A stretch of DNA of 58,367 nt, filler included, from Platydemus manokwari (taxonomy: Eukaryota), in NCBI GenBank assembly GCA_037951405.1. It is 4 parts of 4 records of this genome, joined end to end, with 100 filler letters (N's around TTAATTAATTAA, not from the genome) between each part and the next. Parts side by side here need not be neighbours in the genome. Positions count along the whole stretch, not along the records: positions 23,575 to 35,576 come from JBBMOY010354446.1; positions 35,677 to 44,819 come from JBBMOY011293206.1; 2 more parts are not named here. One strand, 5' to 3'. Each line of letters begins with the position of its first letter. The stretch's first letter is position 1. Shown in pieces: positions 24,854 to 39,024 of the stretch. The notes beneath the pieces are model-generated. The model had not been told where the DNA came from, did no database searches, and saw only the letters and a program-made list of their open reading frames with translations. The translations under genes and the position numbers were made by a program.

Positions 24854-25753
24854 TTAACACAGTGGTTGACGCTCAACAACTTTTTTTAACACCGGTGCGG
24901 CGCGTGGTTGATTTTGTTTGAATTGATTATAATAACTAATATCACCGGGATGTAATAACTTATAATCCAAAGCTTTTGGATTAATTTTTCTCAGTATGAT
25001 TGACCAGTTCAAGCATGGTGCTGACAAATTATTAGAATGTTTGAAATAAATGGTTTTCGATTGTTCTTCAGCAATTTCATCAGTGGGGACTTCGTCATTT
25101 AGTTCAAATTTTACTTTCTTTTTAGAATTTCCTTTGCTAGAATGTTTAAGGATGGATTTATCTTTACCACCTGCTTTATTGAAACTATCAGATATATTTA
25201 CTTTTTTGATGGTTGGTTGCACATTTTTGGTCATTTGTTGATTCTGTCGAAATATCGAATCAGATTCGCACTGATCGGAAACTTCTTTAAAAGATTCTTG
25301 TGAAATATTATTTTGACAATCATTCATATTTGTATGATAATTAATTGTCGAAATATCTGACTGATTTATAATCAAACTTTCATCAATTTCACTCAATGTT
25401 TGTAACACTTCATCAAATTTATTTGGTAAAATTTGACTCTGATAAGAATTACTTTTTTTCAGATACCTATTTTTAAGCCATTCTTCTTCCTTTTCTTCGT
25501 CGTATTCTTCAAAAATTTCAATCATATTTTGTTTTTCGAATTCATTTAAGTATGTGATATATAAAGAACGAGTTTTTTCCAATTGTGATTCTAGATATTC
25601 TTTCTGTTCTAATAATTCGTTGACTTTTTGAATTTTATCTTCAGTGTCACTAAATTTTACAAATTCAATATCGGAATTTAGCTTTTCTATTAAAAATTCC
25701 TTTTCGCTAATTAATTTATCAAAATCAAATTTATATGACATATGCTTTGACAT
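24854..25753 (-). CDS. URI1: URI1-like (unconventional prefoldin RPB5 interactor), divergent, 299 aa
   Basis: N-terminal coiled coil, then IEIFEEYDEEKEEEW (URI 'EI.EE' block), KSILK plus KKVKF (PP1 docking SILK/RVxF), TIYFKHS, HPGDI (cf. SPADIY) and VVER. Confidence 0.6.
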   Translation of the reverse strand: MSKHMSYKFDFDKLISEKEFLIEKLNSDIEFVKFSDTEDKIQKVNELLEQKEYLESQLEKTRSLYITYLNEFEKQNMIEIFEEYDEEKEEEWLKNRYLKKSNSYQSQILPNKFDEVLQTLSEIDESLIINQSDISTINYHTNMNDCQNNISQESFKEVSDQCESDSIFRQNQQMTKNVQPTIKKVNISDSFNKAGGKDKSILKHSSKGNSKKKVKFELNDEVPTDEIAEEQSKTIYFKHSNNLSAPCLNWSIILRKINPKALDYKLLHPGDISYYNQFKQNQPRAAPVLKKVVERQPLC

Positions 25754-25829
25754 ATTTAAAATAAAAAGCTGTTTAATTAATATTTAAACAAACAGAAATA
25801 TAATAAGTATTAATAGCGGCTTCATAAGG

Positions 25830-26235
25830 TTTTGGTTAAAGTTAAGAAAACCTGTCCTTAAAGCAAAATATTTAATATGTTGAGTGCATTGCAAAATCTA
25901 TATAGTTTATTTAAAAATATTCTTTGAAAATATTTTGAATTTTTGATTTATGGACTTAAAAGAATTTAAGTTATTTGAAATCAAATATTAATTAGACTAT
26001 GGCTTCAAGATCTTCCAAAATTTGATCATTTGATAAATGGATCGTATTTATTCAAATTTCAATTTATTGAAAATTAGTCCTTTTTAATATAAAAATGAAA
26101 TTGAGATATACTTTAAATTTATACAACTATTTAATAAAAACAATTGATACTTAACTAAACCTGCCATAAGTAATCATATAAAAGCGTTGTGATTAGAATT
26201 TTGTTTAAAAATATGTTTTTTAGCCATTCGACATT
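25830..26235 (+). repeat. Dispersed AT-rich repeat family, copy 3
   Basis: Colinear with the reverse complement of 6755-7195. Confidence 0.8.
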
Positions 26236-28117
26236 CAAAAGAGTGTTGAGTGAGATAAAATTCCGCAAAAAAAAACGAAATTACACCTTGTAACTCTTGT
26301 TTTGGCACTTTCTAACATTTGCATGCTTACACGACCACACAGGCCAATCACAGAGAGGCTATATAGTTAATTACAATCTGGAAAAGGGCATAACTACACA
26401 AAATGCACATCTAGGGATTGACCAATCCCATTCATGTAAAAACCTAAAAACCCAATAAGAACACAGAAAGACAAACATCAAATCAAATTGTAATACAACA
26501 TGACACAAAAAGTACACGCAGACCACCAGTATAAAAAGAAATGCAAAGATAGACAGCAGCCAGTTGATAGCCAGATTTAGGTGGAAAATTTGTTGTTGTA
26601 TATTGAGTGATATACGTTATATTGGAGTCAGGAGTCTAATTATTCATAGTTATTCAACATTATCAATGATTTGTAAAAGCCTGAATGCATCTAATTATCC
26701 CCATATTTTAATATTATATTCATATATACAGTTTAATGTATTTAAATATGAGCACCAAATAGAAATTGCCCGCTTTATCAAATTATAACCACATACTACC
26801 TACCAAAAGAGGTGTTATAGTTATTACATATTTCTACAGATAATTAAGAAAAATCAACAATTTGATGGCATAAATATTAACAAGCAACATGGAAAAGTTA
26901 AAGAAATTGTTGAGATTAGACGCAATACTAATTTATGCGGTTAAAAATTTTGTGCTAAGAATGACAATTGATTAGCCCATTATGAATTTGATTATGTACC
27001 TTGATTACCTGACGATTTAGTTTATCGTGTAATATTGTAATTCATAAATATAACTTTGATAAGGTCAAGGGTTAGGGTAAAATAGACTGCCCAATTTAAT
27101 AGTCATTACCCTAATTTTTTGATTTACAAAATTTCTGAGTTACAAATATTATTACAAATTTGATTCATTATTTCGAATGTTAACTATTTGATTTTAATTT
27201 ACGAAAACTTGTCAAATTATTTTTAAAAGAAGCCATTTACATAATTTTTTATTTTTAGGAGAATTCTTTCAGTCTATTACCAAAAGAATCCATTCAATTT
27301 ATATACCGATGTGTAAAAATTTTATTGTTAATTTAATTAATCACAAGCCCGCCGCTAATTCAAACCTTGTGGTATTTTAAAAACACATCAGCTTCAAGGA
27401 TTAGCAAATTATTACAAAGAATTTAAATAAAAATTTATCAGATATTTCGCACAGTAATAAAATCATGTTAATGAATAACACATTTCGATGGAAAACTTAA
27501 TAGTAATAAGTATTTCAAGTACTAGAAGAAAGAGTACGACATACAGATATGAAGAAACATTTTATTCTATTGACTGACGCTAGTGGATTTTCTAATGAAG
27601 CAGGTTTAAGGTAACAAGATGATTGAAAAGATTATCAATTTTTTGAGTAATTTATTTAAAACCATTAGACTTATTACTGATTATGAAGCTGGATCCTTAT
27701 TCTGACTATCTTCAAACAGGCGTGCTTGTGAAAAGATTTAACGATATATTGATTAATGTTAATGTTCTTCTTATACTAGATCAAAACATGGGTATACAAA
27801 TAATCCAAGTTTACAAAAAATGAGTAAGATTTATAAACAGAAATTTAAATAAACAGATAAAAAATATTCAGAATATTTGCAAAATCAAATAGTTTCTTAA
27901 GAATCTCTGGAACCATTTTTTGCCAAAAAACAATAAATGATGTTTAAATATTGAAAAAAACATAAGCTCTTGAATCTGAATTTAAAACAATAAGATTTTT
28001 GTACAAAATACTAAAAAATTATGATCAATATTAGGCTGGAAAATGGTTTTCATCACACCGATTTATTTTAAATTATATTAGTTAATAAATAAAAACTTTA
28101 AAAATGAGACAAAATTT

Positions 28118-28730
28118 CTATTTTTTAACTTTTACGATCTTTTTCTTGGCTTTTCTAATTCTCTTCAATTGAGTTCGTTTAGTGCATTTCATCTGCAATG
28201 CTTTCTTCAATGGTAACATAGCTCTGAAATGTAAAGACAGATAAAACATTTATTTAAAAAATAAATGTAAATCATTACGTTGTGATATTATTCTGTTTAT
28301 TATGGTCTTTAACTTGTTCGCTAATATTCTAAATCAAATATCAATCTATAAGTTTATGCCACAACTTTCGTAAATTTTACTTTGTTTGTAATTTCCATTC
28401 CAGTCTTATTCAGACTGATTTCTTCTATTTCCGTAACATGTGTTTTAGTATCAATAACTTTTAATGTGTCTTTCAATACTTCTTGCGAAAAAATATCCTC
28501 AATACGAGGCAATTGATCTTGTAATTCTTTTCTATACTTCAAAAACATAAATCAAGTTTCAATCATTCAAACGAATTTACAGCCGCTTTAATACGTTTGT
28601 GCTCATCTTTTAAAGCTTTACTTTGAGCTTCTTTCGCTTTCACTCTCCTCTGTTGTTTACGTTTTTGAAATCCAGTTAAGTATTCTTTCCGAGCTTCTTT
28701 GTCAAAAGTAATAGTGGTTTTTATTTTCAT
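28118..28730 (-). CDS. NOL12: Nucleolar protein 12 / Rrp17 (Nop25); exons 28730-28581, 28536-28381, 28328-28279, 28223-28118; 153 aa
   Basis: MKIKTTITFDKEARKEYLTGFQKRKQQRR matches the family signature FD...R.EYLTGF.KRK..R. GT-AG introns of 44, 52 and 55 nt; basic C-terminus. Exon 1 is absent from the ORF track. Confidence 0.9.
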
Positions 28731-30047
28731 TTTTAATTTCGTTAAGTGAGATTTGGAAATTCAAAAAAGAATAAAAAATGTTATATATTTAAACAAATAT
28801 AAAAGAAATATGCTTCTATAGATTGTCAAATATATTACAATTTCAGTATTATAGATCATTCTAAATAATTATCAGAAATATTTAAAGTAATATTTAAAAT
28901 TATGGGGAACATAAAAGTGAAAAATTAACTTATAATATTTAATTAACAATTAAACATACAATATATTATTTTTATTATTATTAAATTAATATAATTTAAA
29001 ATTTACTATCATTACTATAAATTTCACCGTGACATTCCAAGTAATGTGTTTTTAAATTGTTTTAGTTCAATGCATGTATAATTATCTATCATATTGCTAT
29101 CAAATAACTTTTGAAAGTATCCTTAGATGTAAAAATTATACCAGTTTATCCTACTTCCTAGAATTTAGTAGTGAGTGTCAAAACCACTTGTTAGATATTC
29201 ATAAAATTTATAACTTTTTATATTAATATCGTAAATTCATAGAAATATATGTCGCCCAAACGGGTACCCATCTAAAGTATTGCACGTTCTTTCAAAAAGT
29301 ACAACAAAACATCATGATCAAAATCATAGAGTCTAAAAGATTATCCTATTGAAGTTATCATGAAATTAAAATTCGCAACAATATAAATCCCATACATTAC
29401 TTACCTGGCATGTAACTTAACATTCATTTTATTCAGATATCATTCGAAGGACTTCTCCCAGGCGAAGGATCGGCCAACTAACAGTATTCAATCAGGAACG
29501 CTATTCTATGCAATACAACTCAATCTCAATGACTGAGCTCGGTCTGACTTCAGGGAGGAACACTCAATCACTCTCTCAATCAAAAATCAACTTCAAAATT
29601 CATCTACATTTGGATAACCACGCTATTGTATTAATCAATTCATTTTCAAATATCATCGGATTGATGCGCGGATTTCGTTTGACCTAGAAATTTACAAAAA
29701 CATTCGTACTTCGCCAAAACAACAATACAGTTCATCACCACCGTTTCTGCACAAAAGAACAATAAAAATTTCCATAAAAATTACAAAAAATTCAGCAACT
29801 CAAAGACATAATCCAATTAAACATAGGGGAGGGATTTCTCACCGGCTCTATCAGAACTTGCTTATGCTTAACAAATATTCGTTTCTTTGTTAACCTCCGA
29901 CAGATAAGAAAAAAAGAAGTTATTATTACAAATTTGACCCTTGATTATTCATTAATTTTATTTGATTATGATTTGTAAAATCTATGCTCTAATTACTACT
30001 TTTAATTGGACCATGTAAATTTTATCGAGGACCACGTTCAACTAGAG

Positions 30048-30339
30048 CAGTGGTTTTCAGGGTTCCTCAAGTACACTTCAAGGTTTCCAGAATTTCTAAA
30101 TTTCTAAATTCGAAGAACGAACAAGTAAACAATATGCTAAATTCAATTTCGAAAATCTATTTCATTATTATTATTTCATTATTATTTGTATTATTATTTG
30201 TATTATTTTATTATTAGTTATTGTTTAAATATACTAAATTTAACAAAACTAAACTCGTTACATTATTGCACAGGGGTTCTTCGATTCAGAGGATTATTTC
30301 CGTGGAGTTCCTCTCCTGCAAAAAGGTTGAAAACCATTG
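30048..30339. mobile_element. hAT (Charlie-like) non-autonomous element / MITE, 292 bp
   Basis: TIRs CAGTGGTTTTCA...TGAAAACCATTG (11/12); 8-bp TSD AACTAGAG (30040-47) / AACTGGAG (30340-47). Confidence 0.85.
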
Positions 30340-33300
30340 AACTGGAGTATGATTAATTTTAAACACATTTCAAAAATTACGCACCAAATTTAGTGGTTAA
30401 GTTCTATTAAACTTAACCACCAATAAGGTTTTCGGAACCCAGGACTCTTAACGGAACTGTAAAAAGAGAAAATAATCAAATTATCTACTTCTATTATAAT
30501 AGAATCAAAACAATGGCAATTTTAATTAATCATTGACCTATTTTTCTACCTCTTTATTTGTTTAAATAACTGTTACATCATTATTGCATTATATTACTCA
30601 TGAAAGATAATCTAAAGTTTGGCAAGTTTCTACAGTATCAGATAATTACATTTAACCAAACATACTCATTAATATACAACTTTCTGAACAAATCACTCTT
30701 GAATGAGCATATGTATAAAGTGATGTATTTATTTATTCTACCTGTAATGTAATCCCGTTTTCTCGGAATCTCAAATATGCTAAAATAATAAATTAAAGAT
30801 AATATAAATATATTAGAAATAGAGGTCAATGGTAAATAAATAGAAATGATCGCAAAATAATGTTCTGTTCGTTTGCTATTTCTTTCATACTTAAAGGTGT
30901 TGGTGGTATTTCGATCCAGAGTCTTTTGTGTTCTTGTTTTTAATAAAATTATTATCTTATAATTTAAAATTGCGAGTATTGTTTGGTGACTAAAATACAT
31001 CATTTTAAGTAGAACTTCGTGTGTGTTAGTGTAGTCTTTTTGATCAGCCGTATATTTAACTTAAAATTGTGTTTAAAAGAGAACCAATCCTGATAATCCT
31101 CTAGGTTTAGTATTATTAAAAATCATCTTTCCAATAGATTATCCCGACATAAGCAACTGAAGACTCTTTTTGAACCAGCACAAAAATTTCGTGATGTTTC
31201 TTAATTTACTGAGTTGAATTATTTATTTCTTACAGATTAAGAGAAATCTTTTTCTGACAGAAAGTTACTGATTTATTATAATAATAAACTCAAGATTAAA
31301 TTAAGCTGTACATATTTTTTGCTGCGAATTCTATTTATATATCTAAAGTGAATCGTACGGATATCATATACGAGATCCCTTCAATCAATGTATTATTGCC
31401 TAATCAAAATGCATTGATTTGATCAGAAGATATGATCGTTGAGTTTCATGCATGTTTGCCATCAAATTACTTAACTGAGTTCATTGTTTGTTCCTAAGGA
31501 AATAAAATCTGAAAGAATCTATTGATATCAAATATATGGGGGTGATGCATAATCAATTTGTTCACATTATTCTAAGTTAGTTGGTATGTTCAAAAACTAG
31601 TACATGGGATCCTCGACAGCAGTACTTCTTGTCAAAGACACATACTGAATATAGTTTTTAAAATATGTTATCCTATAAAATATAATTTAATTTGATGTTT
31701 AAAAACTTGTTTAAAAGGATTATAAATCAATGTTCATTTCTTAACTTCAAAGACAACAGCGGTATTTTCTTTCTAATTTATAATAATTTCCAAAAAAACT
31801 TTATATATCTAATTCCTTAAAGCCTGATGAACTTGAAGATGACTGAATAAACGAACACAAATATTATCATATCACAAATCACATATGGCTGTAAAAATCA
31901 TTCTGAAATCGCTCATTTTAAGCAAAAACGTTTATCAAGTTGAATATTTTTTCTAGTCTGATAGAATAGTTTTGTTTTCTACACACGCTAATAAATCATT
32001 AGCTACTCAATTTATCATCGCTCTACCAGATCTTTCATGTTGATTTATTTCGACCAATAAATATTTATTAAAATATGTGAAGTATTTTAAATGTAAAACA
32101 CAATTCAGATTAGAAGTTTTTGAATTCGAAATAAACAATTGGTTAACTGATGCTTTAAATTTTGATATAAATGAATTGATTGAAGATTCGGGTTTAGTTC
32201 AATTTAGGTCAAAGGATTTTTTAAAAATTCAATTTGCATAATTAAATTGCGACAAACCAATCGATCATTAATATAAAACCATCAAATACAATGAAATAAT
32301 AAAAAATTAATTAATTTGATTTGAAAAACCTAATTGTTTGGAAAACTTTCAGATCTGGCACCAGGAAATGAATCAGCAGAATAAACTATCAATTTAAGAA
32401 TGATAGATCAATTATTAATAATAATCTTTTACATAATTTCCATTTATAAATTCTAAGTGGAAATTTAAAAATAAATTTAAAATGGAATAAAATAGCTTAA
32501 TTTTTTAGAATAAAATATTTGTAACTTATTCGATAAAATTTATGAGTCACGGTTCTGTCAAAAATTGGATTAAGGAAATAGTAAACGTTAACAAATCATG
32601 AAATTAAGATTACAGAATTGGATTTCTGAATGATTAAAGCTATTTACTAAGTTATAAATGATATTAAATGCTCTAACTCTAACTTTAAAAAAGTAGAAAT
32701 GTCTGTGAAGAATAACACGAAATTTGTTCAAATATTTAAATCGAACACAACTCACTATGTTGTATGATTTCAAAACAAATTTCGCGACCGCACAATCACT
32801 GTCAAATTTTTGATTTAAAGATACAAAATGATTTATTGAGTTTTTGATCGTTTAATCAAATAGGAACTTAATAATTAAGTTACTTTAAATTTAACAATAA
32901 AAATTAAATAAAGATTAAAAATAATATTAAAAATTTTATCTTTATTTTTTTTTTTTTATTTTTTTTCATTTCATTTTCAACACAAGAATACTATTTACTA
33001 TTTAAAAATAAAGATAAAATTGGATCTCGATTAAATATGACGATATATTTCTGTTATTTATAAAACTAAGGTCTTGTCTTGTTGATGAATAACAAATGAC
33101 TGGCATGAAAAATGTCGAAGGTATCAGACGGGGGAAGCCGATGAAGCGTAAAAATATTGATTCCTAAAATGTTTTATTTTTGGATATTTTCATAATATAA
33201 CGTTAAGATGATTATGCATAAGAAAATAATTTTGATATCATTTTAAAATTCGAAGAATTAATAATAAAACTGAATTATTATTTAAGTAATTAATATTTTA

Positions 33301-35448
33301 TTTAATTAACAATGGAAAACTATTTCTATAATTATAATCAGGTTAGTAATAATATTTTAATATAAAACAACTATTTCAAATAAGTTGAAGCGTTTTAAAA
33401 AATAATTTTTGAAATTCAAATATTAATGATAAATCAATAAATTTAAAATAAACTATTAACGATAATTCTGAATATTAAGCTTAAATAATACTATTAAACT
33501 AATAGCTTTAAATGCGAGTTTAATTTTTAATTAAAACCCCACTAATATAATAAAATCTTTAGTAAATATGTATCCAACAAAAACTGGTGTGTTCAAGTTT
33601 TCCACACAAACGAAATTAACGCTGATAATGAAAATGAAAGAGAAAAAAGCTTTTTACTGAAAATAAAACTCGATGTGAATGAATTTCTGGAAATCTAATG
33701 ATAATAAATTTAATAATAATAATACTATATTATTTAAAAATAACATATCACATATTTTGTGTCGAAAGTAATGATTCTGTGATAACAGGATAGTTTGTTA
33801 TCGTGTACAAATGATGAAGTAAAACATAAAATAAAGAAATATGAATTATATAATATGAAACAAAGGAAAGACTTTTTAAAAAGATCCAAGCTTAAGATTT
33901 TTCTTATTTATTAAGATTATGATTGAAAATTTAAAAAACCAAAATCGAAAGCTATTAAATAGGTAAGCGGTAAGGGGTGCAGGTAAATTGATTTCGAATA
34001 TTATATCGGAATTCAAAGAAATGCAAAAAGTTTCTTAATTATAAAAGTATTTGATTGATTTTTAAAGAAATATTGTTTCTTAATGTTATTGATTGTCTTA
34101 AAAGCCATAAATCGACCTCGAGGTGAATTACACTTCGTTGATCTTTATATTCGATTAAATAAGGTTCCTCTTAGATTATATAGTTTGTATTGATGATCTT
34201 TTGATAATTTAATTTAAAATATCAGAAAAACAATCTGACACACACCATATAGAAGCAATCATAGAAATCGAATTGAAACAAAGGCAATGTTTTACAAAGT
34301 TAAATTAAAATTTTTAAATTAAAAATTTTCGAACACAAATAATTATCTGAAACCGCTTTATTTACATTTCTACACAATGGATGTCATGAACACTGTCGGA
34401 ATCTATTTCATTTATTTATTTTTCTTAAAAATTGAAACAATTTAATATCAAAGAAAAATGAATTTTCGGAGTGAAATAAAATCTTTGACAACGAAATGTC
34501 ATTAACTTTGTCGAATTTTCTTTGATGTTTTTGTCAATATAACTTAGAAATAGATTGGTATATTTGGATATTGAAATTTATTATTATCAAACACAGACAC
34601 ACACACACTAATTCCCAGGAACGAATTTATATAAGAGTATTATCAGTTAAATACAAATTTTTCAAATCTCCCTTTTTTTAAAATCTCCGATTTCTTCTCA
34701 TTTCTTGCTGTTGGATTTCTAATTTTATTTCTATATTTTGTATTTTAAATCCTTCTATATATTTATCCATAAATAAATCTCCATATTTTTCTCTACAATT
34801 CCTCTAACATACTTTTACATTGAATGTCTCAGAATCAATTCCAGTTGCTTGGACAGATTCTTATCTGTTATTATTTAATTTTCTCATTAAACATTTAATT
34901 ATCAATATTTATTTCATTATCTCTCTAAATAAACATTGAGAACGAATTAAAATGTTCAACACAAAAATTATATATATATATATTTAATATTATTTCATTT
35001 AAAATATTCTCAAGAATAATGTTGAAGTTAGCTCTAGAGAATCACGGCGTCGTTGATTTTACCATCCTTATGAAGAGTCACGCGCTGTAAGATTTTCAAC
35101 AAAAACACGACAAATTAATTAAACTATATATTGGATTTATTGGAATTTTAATATCATAGATAAAATATGAAAACGTGTTGAAAATATTCCTATTTCTGTA
35201 GAAAGAAACAATTAAACACTGGAATCCAGATTAATTGATTTATGTTCCAATTAGAATGATTAAATCTTCCATAAAAGGCATTTTCTAAGATATAGCTACA
35301 TGATGTCAATTTTACAACAGTTCGAATTTGACATATTAAACTAAAAACACCTGTTCAAAGGGGACGCATTCCAAACTAGGCGACTTAAATTTTAAGTAAA
35401 GTCAAATGAAATAAATGCTGCTTGTAAATAAAATATGATGTTCCTATT

Positions 35449-35452
<4 letters not shown>

Positions 35453-35482
<30 letters not shown>
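35453..35482. repeat. (TA)n microsatellite
   Basis: About 15 TA units. Confidence 0.9.
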
Positions 35483-35485
<3 letters not shown>

Positions 35486-35576
35486 ATGATATTGGTGTGT
35501 GTGTTGGTTGCGCTTTATTTATCTAATGTGCTCGTTGATTCCAATCGGACTCCAAACGATTGGTTACGTTCGATAG

Positions 35577-35676
35577 NNNNNNNNNNNNNNNNNNNNNNNN
35601 NNNNNNNNNNNNNNNNNNNNTTAATTAATTAANNNNNNNNNNNNNNNNNNNNNNNNNNNNNNNNNNNNNNNNNNNN
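35577..35676. other. Artificial contig spacer
   Basis: 44N-TTAATTAATTAA-44N. Confidence 0.97.
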
Positions 35677-36499
35677 TTATATTATTTTTATATATCAGTG
35701 TCAATAATAGTAATAATAACTCCGATATTGATAATTATTATTATTTCCCATTTTAATGTTTTATAATTATTATTCGTTATTATTATTATATCTTTTGTTA
35801 TCATAATTATAACTATTTATATTGCTACAATTAACAATAGCAATATGCCATAGATTACGTGTATTACGACAGGGGGATCTTAATAGGTGTAGTCAACAAC
35901 TTGGCTTGGTGGATCAACCATTAATGTTTGTGATTAGCTAGTTTCCTGCCATTATTCAGCTGAAACAACATTTTATTATTTTAAGTAAATTATTAAAAAT
36001 TTCAACCAATGAAATTGAGAGTAAATAAAATATCTAAATTGCTATTAGTTTTAATAACTATTCATTCTAATGTAAATCATAATTATATTTCTTAATTTAA
36101 ATAAGGAATATAATCAATTATATATAACTGGATATAATAAAATAATATGAACAAAGTGAAATATAATTTATAATTTTTTAAAATATTATTACCTATATTA
36201 TAAATTAATATTTTTTTTTAAGTTATAAAAATTATTATTTATAGTATATTTGAATATATTAACAGACAGTTGTAATTATAATTGACAATACCAGTTGCCA
36301 AAAATTAATAGAAACTTTAATTGTAAATAAAGCTGTTAATAGATAAGAAGAAGTTTACTCCAAACGATTGAGTTAAAGAAAAGGTCTACAAGGAATTGGC
36401 AAACGAGTCAATTTGCTCTTTCAATTCAACTCAATGAAAGAAGAAATAGATAAAATGTTTTTGATTTTATTTCGGGTTTTCACAGCAAGAGAGACTAGT

Positions 36500-36890
36500 T
36501 AGACAATAATTTGTACTGTAATTATAGAGTAGAGCAAAGAATTAAAGGTAACAATTTGAGGGATCGAAATTTGGTTGCCATAATAGATATGGGATATAAA
36601 GTTCATTTTTGGTGATAAAAATTTAACACGTGCTTTTAACAGACAACGATATATAGGGTTTGAACCCAAACCGTTTTTGGGTAGATTGAGATTTCTTGAT
36701 TCAAAGAGCAATTTCATACTTATTATAACAATTTTAAAACATTGTAATATCTAGGAATTTCCCTTCCACAAAAGGACTGTTCTGATTTTAATGTTTAGTT
36801 ATTTTTTTCAATATCCAGAATTTGGGTAATTTTTATTAGTAATTCTTCTCAGATTTTTAATGTTGATAATTTCCCCCAAAATCCTCCAAT
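36500..36890 (-). mobile_element. Decayed L1/Tx1-like LINE ORF2 C-terminal remnant
   Basis: Ordered frameshifted motifs GKLSTLK (cf. GR.TLIK), LPKFW (cf. LPK..Y), LLWKG (cf. F.W.G), LNLPKNGLG (cf. L.LP...GGLG). Confidence 0.45.
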
Positions 36891-39024
36891 GCTTTAAGAC
36901 CGTTTCTATTGATTTTTGATTATTTCATTCTCATTATTAATTTTCATACAAATATATAAAATGCTAATAAAATTATCGAATATTTTTTTTGGCCGGCAAA
37001 TATATTTGCTAGCGTAAAGTGAAATTCAAAACAAAAACTAATTTCAAAGCCGAATAATATTTTATTCAATTTAATTGATTGAATCTACTGCAAATTCCCA
37101 TGAGGTTTGCCTATTGAAATCTAGTTTACGGTTTCGATGGTGAAATCTTTATTTATCATCGATTTTGTGAAAATCTGCTTTTCTTTGATTATGATGTCTT
37201 TAATAATTATAATCGTAAGGATTTACAAATGAATTAAATTTTTAAAGATTAAATACACATTTAATATTAAATGATACTGATTTGTTTAAATTATTGTAGG
37301 TCATTTTGTGTCATAATTTGTTAATTAGTTTCCAAGGCGTTCTTTATTGAATAGTTGCGGCTTACAATAACAACATTAAAATACTGAAAATGACATACTC
37401 GAAACTAAATAAATCTTTAACCCAATAAGAATATTTTGATCGCAAAGTAATAATTTATTTTAATCAGTAAGAAATATGGGGAAAATTTATCGAAATTAAT
37501 AATAACTAAAAATAATTATTTTAATCAAAAAATTTTATTATAGTTTTAATAATCTAAAAATAAGTTTCAAAATAAAAAATAATATTTTGAAATTGTGTAA
37601 AATTATTTAATATAAAGTAATTATTAAATAATTTAAATAACCAAATAAGATTGATGGCTAAAGCTCTCTAGGAAAGATTTCTAAAAAAAAGGATTAAATT
37701 TATTTAAAAATTGTTTGATTCTCTTGCATTAAATAAAAGGTAAGAAAATCTTCTGTTGAATATTCAATTTTAAACGAAATATCTACTACTAACAAATAAC
37801 ATTCTTAACAATTGATATTTTTTATGGTTTTAATTTAAACTAATCAGGGGTGCAAATTCTAAAAGTCGTGAATTTAATATTTTCAAATCACCCAGGAAAA
37901 CAGAAAATAAAATTAAAGCTATGTAAAAACAGAGGAGAGAGAATTAAAATCCATTAAAAATAACTGAAACACACAGCACAATAAAATTTAAAAACAATAT
38001 GCTATAACTAAACAAACACAAGCAAAGTGAAACAGTTTATACTCTAAGTAAAACCTTATAAATCTTCACAATCACCAGTTTTATTATAATTTAAACCAAC
38101 AACATAAAACGACGAACAGGAAACTTTAAAGTCACAAAATATGAGGAAATGTAATTAAATATATAACAATTCCATGGGCACCATTTACACATAAAGAGAA
38201 TACATTGTGTTCATTCGGCAAGAACTAGCATAAAAATATTGCGTATATAAATTCTACAATTTCACCAGAAAATAGAGTAAACGCTATTAAGTTGGGAGAA
38301 AGAGATAAATTTTAAAAAGGTTATGTAGAGTAAGGAAATATTGGAAGCCTTTACCTTAAAAAGGTAAGACAAGTAGAAATAAAAGAAATCTAAAAACAAT
38401 GCGCTGTTTCAAAAATAGAAACTGACGACACCATTAAAAATGGAAATAGTGGACAAGATAAAAACAATGGGAGCAGTTACTATCGTAATAGGACCGTGAT
38501 ATACTTCTAAACCATAACTATATAAGCTGACAGCTCAGTAGGTTTAACTTAACATTTTCCTAATAATAAATTTTTGCACAATATATGATGACAAATCTAA
38601 ATCGCTGAATCCTGATCGTCGATTCATTATTAAATTTGAAAAATAATAGAAACGTAATACAAAATTTAAATAAATCCTTATTTAAACTGCGATTTAGAAG
38701 CTTATATTTATTAAAAGAAAACATTCATTGAATTAACTCCATTATGAAAATAAATAATTTTCCAGGAAATATCAAACGCTCAATTAAGAATCACAAAAAT
38801 AGCAATTAAATACCAGTAAAAAATAATTATTAACAGTATTTAAAAAATTAAAAATCAACTTATTGAATGAATTTAATTATAAAAACATGATTTTTAATGT
38901 TTATAATTATAGCATAAAGCATTAAACAATAACTAAAAATTAAATCAAGAATGATAAATAATAAAAAATATATATTTTAACACAAAAAATTGAATAGATA
39001 AATAAATTATTCTCATTATTTTTT

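Noticed and set aside
27480-27740. Possible Tc1-like transposase relic (FDGKLNSNKY..VLEE; DPYSDYL) and exon-like pieces at 26760-27310
   Set aside because: Too degenerate; no consistent reading frame or TIRs.
35866-35885. LRQGDL, an RT-like motif
   Set aside because: An isolated 6-codon match.
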